DNA of 64,000 nucleotides, taken from assembly GCA_965202585.1 (NCBI GenBank), contig OZ241833.1, forward strand, positions 13,144,001 through 13,208,000, given 5' to 3'. Made by a program: the position numbers and the translations under genes. Positions 50,701-61,800 of this stretch are shown here, in pieces. This DNA is from Thalia democratica (Eukaryota). The stretch's first letter is position 1. Each line of letters opens with the position of its first letter. The notes under the pieces were generated by a model, which did no database searches, had not been told where the DNA came from, and saw only the letters and a list, made by a program, of their open reading frames with translations.

Positions 50701-53700
50701 TTGAACGGCAATCAGCAGTGCAGTTTTCTGTCGGTTGCCAATCTGACCAAACAGGACATAGGTTTTGGTTACAAGCTTCTTCTTCTAAATATTCTGTTGG
50801 TACTGGACAGTCATTTGTATCAACTATAGTACCATTTTCATTTAAACACGGTCTTGTTCTATGTTTAATTCCTGGTGTACAGTCTTCAGAACAAGTAGAC
50901 CAAGGTTCCCAATCACCCCATTGAGGTGGGCATATCGGTGGTCCGTAACAAGTTCTAGTTTCTTCATAACAGTTGATATCGTGCAAATGCAAATCAACAT
51001 TTTCTTTACAAGATTTAAGGAATAGTTGATCTGTTGAAGATCTACACTCAGCTGTACAATTTTCTGAAGCGTTCCATTCAGACCAATCAGGACATAAATT
51101 TTCGTTGCATTTTTTTTCCTCATAATAAGAATCAGGATTTTCACAATGTGAGACTTCTACAACAGTTCCATTTTCGTTAAGACAAGGTCTGAAACGTTGA
51201 TGCAATCCTGGTGAACATGAGTTAGAGCAATCTGACCAGGACTCCCATGATCCCCATTCAGGAGGGCATATTGGAGGTCCGTAACAAACTCTCGTTTCTT
51301 CGTAACACTTTTTAGCGTGAATTTTTAAGTCAATATCTTTTGTACACAATTTTACAAATACTAGATCGGATTTTGAACGGCAATTGGCAGTGCAGTTTTC
51401 TGTTGGTTGCCAATCTGACCAAACAGGACATAGATTTTGGTTACAAGCTTCTTTTTCTGAATATTCAGTTGGTACTGGACATTCAGATCTATCAACTATA
51501 GTACCATTTTCATTTAAACACGGTCTTGTTCTATGTTTAATTCCCGGTGTACAGTCTTCAGAACAAGTAGACCAAGGTTCCCAATCACCCCATTGAGGTG
51601 GGCATATTGGTGGTCCGTAACAAGTTCTAGTTTCTTCATAACAGTTAAGATCATGTAAATTCAAGTCAACATTTTCTTTACAGGATTTAAGGAATAGTTG
51701 ATCTGTTGAAGATCTACACTCAGCTGTACAATTTTCTAAAGCTTTCCATTCAGACCAATCAGGACATAAGTTTTCGTTGCATTTTTCTTCTTCAAAAGAC
51801 GAACCAGGGTTTTTACACTGTGAAACTTCTACAGCTGTACCGTTCTCGTTAAGACAAGGTCTGACACGTTGATGCAATCCTGGTGAACATGAGTTAGAGC
51901 AATCTGACCAGGACTCCCATGATCCCCATTCAGGAGGGCATATAAGAGGTCCGTAACAAACTCTTGTTTCTTCGTAACATTTTTTAGCATGTATACTTAA
52001 ACTTGTACTTTTTGTACATGTTTTCTTAAACTTTTGATTTGTTTTTGAACGGCAATCAGCCGTGCAGTTTTCAATCGGTACCCAATCTGACCACGCCGGG
52101 CATAGTTCCTTGTTACATTTCTTTTGTTGAATGTAATTTTCGCTGTTTCCACACTCTAAATTATTTAATACTGAATTACTTTTATCCATGCATTTTCTCG
52201 TTCTAACTGTAGTTCCAGGACTACAATCAGAGGAACATGCTGACCAATTTTCCCATAAGCTCCATTTAGTTAAACACTGTCTTTCATTAATGCAATTTAT
52301 TTTTTCAAAATAGCAGGCTTCGTCGTGGTCCTTGAGATCGAAATTAATTGGTTCACGCAAACATGTTTTGTTATAGGTTTCATAGCCTATAGATTCGCAT
52401 TTAGCATCACAGCTTTTACTAAATTCCCATTCAGACCAAATAAAACAGAGTTTTGAATTGCAAGTTCTTTTTTCTTTTAAGTCCCCAGCAGGACATTCCA
52501 TTTCACTAACAGCTTTACCACCTACAAAGCACACTCTTGAACGTTCTTGAAAACCTCTTGTGCACGATTGTGAACAATCTGACCATTGGTTCCATTCTCC
52601 TAAAGTATATTTAGTATCACTTCGACAACTTTTTTCACTTACACAAGCTCTAATTTGAGAATAGCATGTAGACTTTAAACTTTGATAATCGAAACGAAAA
52701 TCATTTGTATTACATACTCTTTTAAAAATTCGGTACCCTCTACCCTGGCATTCGGCTTGACAATCTCCATCCGGCATCCAATCGCTCCAACGTGAGCATG
52801 AAGCTTCATTACAAGGTTTTGTTTGGCTGCTTTCGTTTTCGTTACAATTGACATTGTCTAACTGATTGTCAGCATTGTTTAGGCAAGTTCTTGTTCTGTT
52901 TGTTATTCCTGGACTACATTCATTTGAGCATTTTGACCAAGAATTCCAATTTGACCAACCAGATTCCTCAGTATTTTTTAGAAAATTTTTGAATGTTGTA
53001 TCTAAAATGTTTAAAGAATTTTGTAAGCTTTTTAGAAACACTTTTAATTGTCTTTGTGTTCTTTTAAAAAAAATTTATTTACGTTATTTTAAACAATACT
53101 TGTTTTTAAGTCTTTTTTATATAAAGTAATTGTGTAGTTTTATTCAAAAATAAATGCAATTTGTTAAGCAAATAATTCAAAAAATTTTTGTTAAAAACAT
53201 TAAATGTTTTAGTTGAAAACTAACTTAAGGGCTTCTACAACTAAAATTGTTAGCTAAAATATCAACATTATTTGATTCACCCACATTTTATCTTTCTTTT
53301 GGAAAAGTTTCTCAGCAATGAAATGTACAATTAACAAAAAATGTACTACTAAATAATACAAAATATTAAGATATAAAAGTTTAGTTTCTACTTTAGTTTA
53401 ATAACCATTTGTCTAGTACTATTTTTTAGACATGCTATCGCTTTCCGCTTTGTTTCAGTTTAATTGTACTCTAACAAGTTTTAATAGTACAGGAAAGTCG
53501 TATCGCATTTAATTAATTTTTAATCTAACCTTAGTTTTTTACTTTAACTTCATTTTATATTTTAAAGTTTTAACCTTCTGACCACAATATAACATTATTT
53601 TAGTCTTAAATTAAGTAGATACATTTTTTATACGTATTACTTAAAAGTCCATTTAATTTTTTGTCACCTTTTACTTTTTTTTTAATATAAACTGTATGTG

Positions 53701-56700
53701 TAACATAGTTTCTAGATTTCTCTAAGCAAGTGACCACATAATTATTTTGTGCATAAAACTTAAGGTTCAAACAAGCAAACATTTATTTAGTTTTAATAAG
53801 AACTTATATTATAAAACGCACGACAAACAAATTTAAAAGTTGACGCTTATTTATAAAATATCAAAAAAATTATCTGTATTAAAATTACTAACAGACCTAC
53901 AAAAACACTATTCTTTTCAAGTAAAGGTTGAGAAAAGATTATTTACTTTCTTTTTAAATATTGACAAAAGCTTTTAGAATCTTTATTTTCTTACTTTGGA
54001 TAACATTAGAATAAGAATGTTTATACTTACACTTTTTGAGGTATATTTATATTTTAATTAACAAATCTAACCAATGTTGTGGTAGCAAGACGGAAAATTT
54101 TTACTATCATAGCAGCACCCTTTACTTAGACACTTTGATTGCGAAATAAATGTATTTGAACATGGCTTTCTTTGAAAAACTTCTATAAAACATTGGTCCT
54201 TGCAAAATTCTGTTGTAATAATGTTTTGTGTCAATAACTGAAATTTTATACTTTGTTCGTAACCGCTTTTAGCTTATGCTCACTTGATAACTTATAAAAA
54301 TAAAGTCTAATTCAGTTTGAGTACATCTATTTACGATAATTAAATACCTTGAACATTAAAATGAAACTAAATTTTTAAAGTTTTAATCTTTTTACAAAAG
54401 AGTTTAAATTTTTATTTGGAGACAGTATGTATTATTTTTGAACATAATCTTTGATATAAAATTACTTTCATGTGCAAACTAAGATAGATTTTTTTAGCAT
54501 ATAAGCGAACGTTTGAAAAAACTATAAAAAAATGTTTTTTAAATTTGTAATATTAAAGAAATGCCATAAATCTTTAAATTGTTTGGAGTTTATGTTATAC
54601 CAATATATTTAAAGAGATAAAAAATTAAAAACACATTTGGTAAAAGTTTACCTTTTCAACACTTAATACTATGTGTGCTAAATATTTTTCTAAGCATATG
54701 ATATACTTTTTTATAGTTGTTTATATATATTTTTATTAGCACAAGCTTGTTATTCTAAAACTAGTTTACAAAGTATGTTACTTTAGTGACCCTTTCTTTC
54801 ATAGCAGTCTGGGACATTTTCATGTTGACTTTGTTGGTAGCAACAACCATTTTTGTTACATTCTTTTCTATCAAGTTTTCCTTGACCTCGAGGGCAATCT
54901 TTTCGCTCACTATCAGGTATTTTGCAGTAGCAATTAAGATGACGAGGGAAGATTTTTGTAAAATCAAAGTTGTTCTCTTTTATCACGTTTTCTTCTAAAA
55001 AAAGTCGTTTTCAGTTAATCAGATAAATAAATATTAAACTAATAAAGTTAAGTTATCTTTCTTTTTAGAATTAAAATATGACATTAATTTTAAAATTTCA
55101 AAAAAAAAAACTATTTTTGTTGCTTCCGCTGTCCTTTGTTTTTCCGTACAATTTTTCTAGCTCCTCAGGATACTCAGTTTGCATTGTCTCACCCTTGTTA
55201 ACAAAGTTTTCGAAAACATCTTCTGTTTTTATTTGTTACATAAACTATTTTTATACCAACAATTCTTTGCTTATTTTATTTAAAAAGCTGTATTTAACTA
55301 TATCTTTCAGCCTACAAAAAATTTTGTTTTTGTAAAACTAACGCTTCTCGTTTAAAAGTTTTCATAGATAAATAGAACATTTTTTACTATTATGGTGCTC
55401 TAGTTAAAATGTATGTTAAACCTTTAGAACTTTGTGTAAAAATAAACTGCTTAAAGTTTATCTATTAAATTAAGTAATGTTTTCTATATTGTTTTGTAAT
55501 GATCGATTTTTTTTTCTTAATCAGTTAACCATACATTTTACTATTCTTTAAAAAATTTAAGAGAATTAAACTATACTTTTAAACTTATTTAGTCATAGTT
55601 ACATATTTAAAAAGTACTTTAGTTATTTCTCAAACTTATAAAACTTTGAAACAATAAACTTTGCATACAAAAATCTGCAAATAAGTAAAAAGTTAAACAG
55701 TGTAACAAGTTTTTTTTAAATTATGTAGTAAAGTTTTTAGATAGTTTTACCAGATTTGCAATTAGAATTTTTTATAAAAAAAATTTGATGCAAGTAGAGC
55801 CGTACTAGGTGTTTTTCTTTTAATTTATTTCAATAATTAAACTTTCTACGAAAAATTTAGTTGTGTATTTGATAAGTTTAACTTTATATTTATGTTCTAA
55901 ACTAAAAAATATGAAGTAAAAGTGCTTAAATGGTTTTGTATTATGTTCTTTGAATTTAGCTGTTAAATCAAACTGTAAACAAATATTTTAAACATTTGTT
56001 TAACTAACAATTAAAACAATGTACTTTTAATTTATCGAAACTACTTTTAGATATTTGTTTTTGCTAATTCTTTTTTAATACTGTGCTGTATATCTTAACA
56101 CAGAACTTAAGTTTAGATGTTAAAAATGTTAGATTACTTGCATGTTTGACAAAAAAATCTACAACAAATTCATCGGAGTATAACAACATCTTTTTACTAA
56201 GTACTTTCTATATTGAAACTGACACATATTTCTTTTTGTTAAACTAGTTATCATTCTTTTAAAGATTTATTGAAGTAATATGAAAAGCTTCAAATTGATA
56301 ATGAATAAAACTATTTTACTTTTCAGTTGCAAATGGAATTTATTTAAAGCATTTAAACATAGCAACTTTTGTAGAAATATAGTTCTAGCAGCTTACAAGA
56401 CGCCAATTTTTAACTGATAAGAACTGTATTGATAAATAAATTATGATGAGTTATCTAAAAGTTTATAGTTTTAGAACAATTTTTCTTAAGTTCATCACCA
56501 AAACTTGTCAATTAACAGAGTCATAATGTATTTTAACAGGCTTTTTTTAATCAAAGTTATATATTTAAATTAAACCTTGTGCATAGTAACAAGATGGAAA
56601 TGTTCGTCTGTCAAAACAACACCCCTTACTCTCACAAGCAGATTTAGATGCCATCCAGCTCAAGCAAGGACTCCGAAGTCTTTTTTCGACCGAACAACGA

Positions 56701-58886
56701 TTTACACAAGATTCTGTAAATGAGATAGGTGCAAAGTATAACATTTTCAGTTTTAGAAAAATTAAAAGTTTTAAACTTTATTTAAAAGTTTTAAAATATT
56801 GAAAATTATGTATACAGTGTTTATTCACTTATCCGTAAAGTTTTACTTGAGAAGAAAAAAAAAATCAATATTTAACACAAACACTTTTGTGTGATACAAT
56901 TATTTAAGCTTTTATTCTGTAAGAAAGTTTAAAGTGTAATTATAAATTCTGCAATTTAGTTTGCAATTATGACGTATTAATACTACTAAAGCTTACATTT
57001 AAACTTTATTCAAAACTGGAAACAGATTTACATGTTTTTCATTGTGATTAATTTGTTTATATTTTTATAGACAAATACAATTATTATTTTTCTTAATCAA
57101 ATATTAGTCTATTTTAAATTAAAAGTAAGGGCAGGTGAAATTACAAAAGATGAATTTTTATACAGTGCGGCCCGCGAGCAAGTTTTTCTAAAAAAATTGT
57201 CTTGCGACTTATAAAAGGCTGCCGATTCACAGATTGTAACTATTTATACTAAGTAAAAAATATTATTATGTATGAAATTTTCTGTGTGCTGCCAATCTTT
57301 TATAATAGCTAACTAACTAACTTAATTAAAACAAATTTTAGGAAAAAAATTCTTGCGTAGCATTTTATTAAGAGCAAAAAAGTTATATTTAAGTACAAAC
57401 TTTTTTTTAAAAAACATCTTGGAGCATCCTCACTCAATGGTTCAATATAGCAGCACCCATACTTATGACAAGTTAATTGATCAAGATCGGCTGCATTTTC
57501 TCCACACGGTTCCCTGTAACCTTCTAAGACTTCACAATAGCAGCTTCTTTTTGCTGAAATTTTTTAACAAATAAAGCAAAAAAAGATAGGTTTTACTTTA
57601 GGTTTTTTCTAACTCAATAAAACGGCAGTATGTGTACGCTCTACTTTAATGACCTACTGCGTTTTGCTTCTAATAAAATCTGAAAAGCTCTATGAGTCAG
57701 TTGTTTTAATTTTTAATTGAGCGTTGAATGTTTTGATCCCTAAAATTTAACGCCTTGTTGCTATGTCTTTATCTTGTTTTTCAACAGGAAAATTTTTACT
57801 TTTATTAGTTATAAGTTTATTTCTGATATGAAATATTACTTTTGTTATAACTTCAATTATTTTTGTTATTTACAGAAAACTCATAAAATATTTAGTATTA
57901 CAAATAGCAGTATAAAGTTATAAAAATAGATTTTTGTAATACAATTTTAAGAAAAGTATTAAAAATGTTTTTGTTAGTTGAATTCAGCCTGATACTTATA
58001 AAACAATCCTTACCCCTAAAGTATTATAAGTGCTGAGTATAAAATATTTTTGGACTAAAATGTTGAAGAATTTTATAATTTAGTTATTTTAAACTTGTTT
58101 TAATTGTAATTGTTTATTGATCAACAAAAAAGCGTTTAATAAATTTAGTCTAAGGACCTTGTGTACGAAAAAACATTTCGGTTATCAAGTCATACTCCAC
58201 GGATACTGTTTCATGTCTTGTTAAAGTAATTTAATTATTTACATGAAATATTTATTTGTTTAACCTTTTTAATTTTTACTTTATTTAAAAAAAAACGGTT
58301 ATTTTTTACTAACTTTTGCTATTTTTAACACGAATATGATTTGATAAAAATTTTATAACTTAAAACGGCTCAATCAAAAGCAAATACCTGGACAAAAGTT
58401 AAACTGTATCCGTGGTGCGTGATTTGATAAACAAAAGGTTTTTTCGTACACCAGGTCCTTTGACCAAAGTTTTTGAGCGCTTTTTATTCTTTAATAAATA
58501 AACAATGTCTATTTTGTTTTTAATATTTTAAAAATCGATAGATTGAACAATTTTTTAGATTTTTATGCTTAAAGTACTAATGGAGCATTTTAAATATTTC
58601 AATGAAAATAGATAAATTTTGTTGTGTTTTGTTATACAGTTACAAATGACAGATAAGTATTATTTTGTAAAAAATCAATAGATTTATCGTTCTTAACATT
58701 GCAAAATATCTTTACAAGTACATTTTTTAAAACAAACAAAAAGTTGTTTTAGATTTTCATTTTAACCATTATTGTCAACTAACAATGAAAAAGATCGAAT
58801 TTTTCAAATATGGCATCACTTTTCACACTAGAACCCGATAGGAAGCTAAATACTAATAGTAAAACTATAAAACTACTTTTCTGCAT
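38793..58886 (-). CDS. Giant secreted protein: signal peptide + 3 trefoil (P-type) domains + 83 TSR-type modules, 4927 aa
   Basis: Minus-strand exons 58886-58784 (MQKSSFIVLLLVFSFLSGSSVKSD, signal-peptide-like), 57553-57401, 56713-56576, 55222-55112, 54994-54791, 53001-39140, 39005-38793 sum to 14784 nt = 4928 codons including the stop. All junctions are GT-AG with matching phases (1,1,1,1,1,0). No transmembrane segment seen. Additional small exons cannot be excluded. Confidence 0.85.
39140..53001 (-). CDS. Giant 13,862-nt coding exon encoding 41 canonical TSP1 repeats alternating with 41 divergent TSR-like modules
   Basis: Uninterrupted ORF (track 39125..53041). Acceptor aacattttag|AT ACA at 53001; donor CTA AAG|gtttta at 39140. 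Recurrent WGxWxxWSxCSxxCxPG..RxRxC motif alternates with WSDWxxxENCTAxCRS. Confidence 0.95.
42430..46555 (-). repeat. Coding higher-order repeat block 2 (units B,A x6 + partial B; 672-bp period)
   Basis: Same A/B units as block 1. Recurrences at 42915, 44259 (2 x 672), 45000, 45672, 46344 (672 steps). Boundaries approximate. Confidence 0.9.
48740..51935 (-). repeat. Coding higher-order repeat block 1 (units A,B x5; 672-bp / 224-aa period)
   Basis: Near-identical DNA segments recur every 672 bp (e.g. shadow ORFs at 49305 and 49977). A = EWGSWESWSDCSNSCSPGLHQR; B = QWGDWEPWSTCSEDCTPG.KHR. Boundaries approximate. Confidence 0.9.
54791..54994 (-). CDS. Trefoil (P-type) domain exon 3 of the giant gene
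   Basis: Phase 1-1 exon, 204 nt: ...LNCYCKIPDSERKDCPRGQGKLDRKECNKNGCCYQQSQHENVPDCYERK. Confidence 0.85.
56576..56713 (-). CDS. Trefoil (P-type) domain exon 2 of the giant gene
   Basis: Phase 1-1 exon, 138 nt: SCVNRCSVEKRLRSPCLSWMASKSACESKGCCFDRRTFPSCYYAQ; classic C-x9-C-x9-C-x4-CC spacing. Confidence 0.88.
57401..57553 (-). CDS. Trefoil (P-type) domain exon 1 of the giant gene
   Basis: Phase 1-1 exon, 153 nt: KRSCYCEVLEGYREPCGENAADLDQLTCHKYGCCYIEPLSEDAPRCFLKK; C-x9-C-x11-C-x4-CC-x11-C spacing. Confidence 0.85.
58114..58497. mobile_element. MITE with about 100-bp TIRs; full copy of a dispersed family with single-arm copies across the window
   Basis: Arms AAAAAGCGCTCAAAA..GGTC.AAGGACCTGGTGTACGAA..GGTTATC are inverted here. 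Related arms at about 2500, 3411, 6960-7050, 14965/15536-15605, 19895, 24140, 25690-25800 and 28555-28645. Confidence 0.75.
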
Positions 58887-61800
58887 CGCATTAGTTCATA
58901 ATACAAGTTTATGATTCTGCCAAAAAACATTATTGAGTTTTTTAAATTCAATTTACCATGTTTACTTGGTGAAAAAATAGATGCTCGACAAAAATACTTT
59001 AATGTAAAAAAAATCTTTATAAATATTCAATTTTAAAAGCTAATGGTATCTTAATACAGGTTGTAAGGAAGCAAGTTTGCAGCACAAGTATTGTGCGAAT
59101 TGTATTTTTACAATTTTAAGTATTTTTAAGATAAAGTTTTACTTATATAAAACTTGACAATTTTAAATTTATTTGCCTAAAGGATTTAGACATTTTTTTT
59201 AAATTGATATAAGTTCAATACTTAAAATGTTCATATTTTTTATACAAGTATTGATTTTTTTAAACAGCTCTGATCTTTTAAAAGATCTTTTATAAAATAA
59301 CTTATTATTTTTGTAAAGTTTTACAAGATTGTTTAGAATCTTAGCCACATATGTTTTATTTTACTTTGTTTGTAAAAGTTATGTAAAAATGAGCTATACC
59401 AATGTTTTTCTTAAATTTTAGATAATTGATTTTTTTAGTTAAAATGAATATTATACATAAAATATTTTTCAAAATAATAATTTCAATAAAAATTTAAAGT
59501 TGTAAAAGTTTTGGATAATTTTCTTTATACATTTATAAACAAAACAATTATGTTAGCAAAAAAAAAAAAAGGTATAAAGTCAAGACACGAACTGATGAAA
59601 AACACAAACAGATTTGTTTGAAATTTAGTTTGTTTGACAAAGTTAAACGCTTAAATATATAACTTATAAAAAATTATTGTGCAATTTTAGTTTTTTTATT
59701 ATAAAAAATAAAAGCACAAAAGTTATAATTTAAAAAGATTTTTGCCATTAAGCAGTTTGAAAAAAATATCTTCAAAGCTGTAAGTTTTTTCAGTCTGATA
59801 TGTTAAACGTTTATAAAGTCTAAATTCAACAAAAGGCTCCGTTTTATTTTTAATCGTTGGAACAACTAAAGTTAAGTAAGTTGTCACTATCAGATTATTA
59901 AACAACGACACGAGATTTATACAAAAAATAGCGTGAGTACCAAAATAACGTTAGACAGATAATTTATATATCTCAATACTCTTGTAAAAAAATAGCATAA
60001 AACTAAGCTTGTTTAACATTTGGTTATACCTGAACATGAACTGAAAAATTAAAACTCAAAAGGTATATATGGTTTTAAGTATAGTTAAAACAACTTTTAA
60101 CTCCGTTTATCAACTTATATACCAAAAAAATATTTGCTTTTTTTGCTAGAAAATTGTAAGTTTAAATCTAAACCCCAAAATTGAATATTGCAAACCAAAA
60201 AACTTTAAGATAAAAAAACATTTAAAATAAATGAGGTGAATTACAACATTCCATTGAAACTCTTACTTCCCTGCAGGCTCTTTTGTAAGTGATTACAACC
60301 TGATAAAGCAGTTCACTTCCAGCACCTTATATTTGTATAAAAACAACACATACAGCGTGTGCACTATTCTTTGACATATAATTTAATATTTAGAAAAACG
60401 TTTTGTGTTTAATCCGAGGCTTGTCAATGTTTTTGTGATGATGCAAAAATAATCCTAGCTAAAATATTTAAGTTTTTATCTTTTTATAAATGGTGCAGGT
60501 ATAGTTATTTTTTAACAAAATACTAAAAGCTAACGTTCAGAAAAATCTTCTTAAAGTAAAAACTGAGTTTTTAGATTAAGTTTTTTCGTTATAAACTTAT
60601 GTTAACAAAATCTATCAGGAAAAACTACGATTTACCAAAATTAAAAGGATACGGAAAAAGTTTAGTCAAGACCATTATTTACAAAAAAAAAACTAAATGT
60701 ACTTACTACGCTTAAGTACTGAATAACTTTTTTGAAATTGAGTACTAGAAGCTCGTTTCTGGATAACAGTCATGAAATAAACAATTGATCTGTCAATACG
60801 TTAACCTAATTTGTACATACACTGTTATTGATCACTTGTTTAAAGTTCGCAAATAATAAATCACGCTAATAAATTAACATATCATTTTATAACTGCCATA
60901 AACGATTTTTTAGTCTTAACATATGTATAGATGTGGACTAAGCTTTTGTTATGTTTCTAAAACATTGGTATTTATAACTGATCTAATAACTCATTTAAAG
61001 TTTCAAAAATAAGGCTATTCTTTTAATATTTAATCAAACTTAATGTGCAAATTACTAACACAAAACTTACTTTATGTACAAAATAATACTTGAAATATAC
61101 AAAACCAAACGTAAATATTTACAAAGTAAGGCTGTTAGAAAAACTTGAAACTAAAACTTTTACACTAAACCCTGCACACTTAGATCACACTTCATACTAT
61201 ATCGCATAATTTCGAGTAATAACCAAACTAGATGCAGTAGCTAAAGGTGCCCGCAGGCAAGCTGTTGGTTTTCAAATAAAATTTAATGCCACATTAATTC
61301 AAACCCTACACAAAAATGACCCAAAAACGTTTAATGAAAGTGTTTAATATTTAATACTTTTAAAGTCTTTTAAATCTTCTTTCAGAACTTGTAAAGACGT
61401 AGTATCAAACCTTAAATTAAATACAAAAATCTTGTTGAGTCTGTACATCAAAGTTGTTATTTTTTCCTTAAAAAGTTATTTTTTTACAGCTTATATTGAG
61501 TTTAAGGTAATTATCAACAAGCAATTAAATTATAATAACAAGCTACAGTGTGAAAAACCAATTTTGAATTCAGCGTTTTTTACGCTAATAGCATTATTCA
61601 TAAAGCAAGATTAGTAAGTTTTCCTATATGTTATATACACACTGAAAATTAGTACTTTAAAATATTTAAATAAGTTAATAAAAAATATCAAGTTGAAAAT
61701 TAAGTAATAAAATTATCATCGTTCTTCTTTTCAATGTTCTTTTTATTGACTGATTTAAACTTAAAATATTTTATTATCGTTTTGCTTTAATTATAAAAGT

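Noticed and set aside
53002-53041. ORF-track start (MFLKSLQNSL) and end (VLVI*, 39125-39139) of the 4638-aa ORF
   Set aside because: Intronic read-through. An acceptor at 53001 and a donor at 39140 join in phase to the trefoil exon and the last TSR exon.
39155-53129. Many short plus-strand and off-frame ORFs recurring every 672 bp
   Set aside because: Antisense or alternative-frame shadows of the repetitive giant exon.
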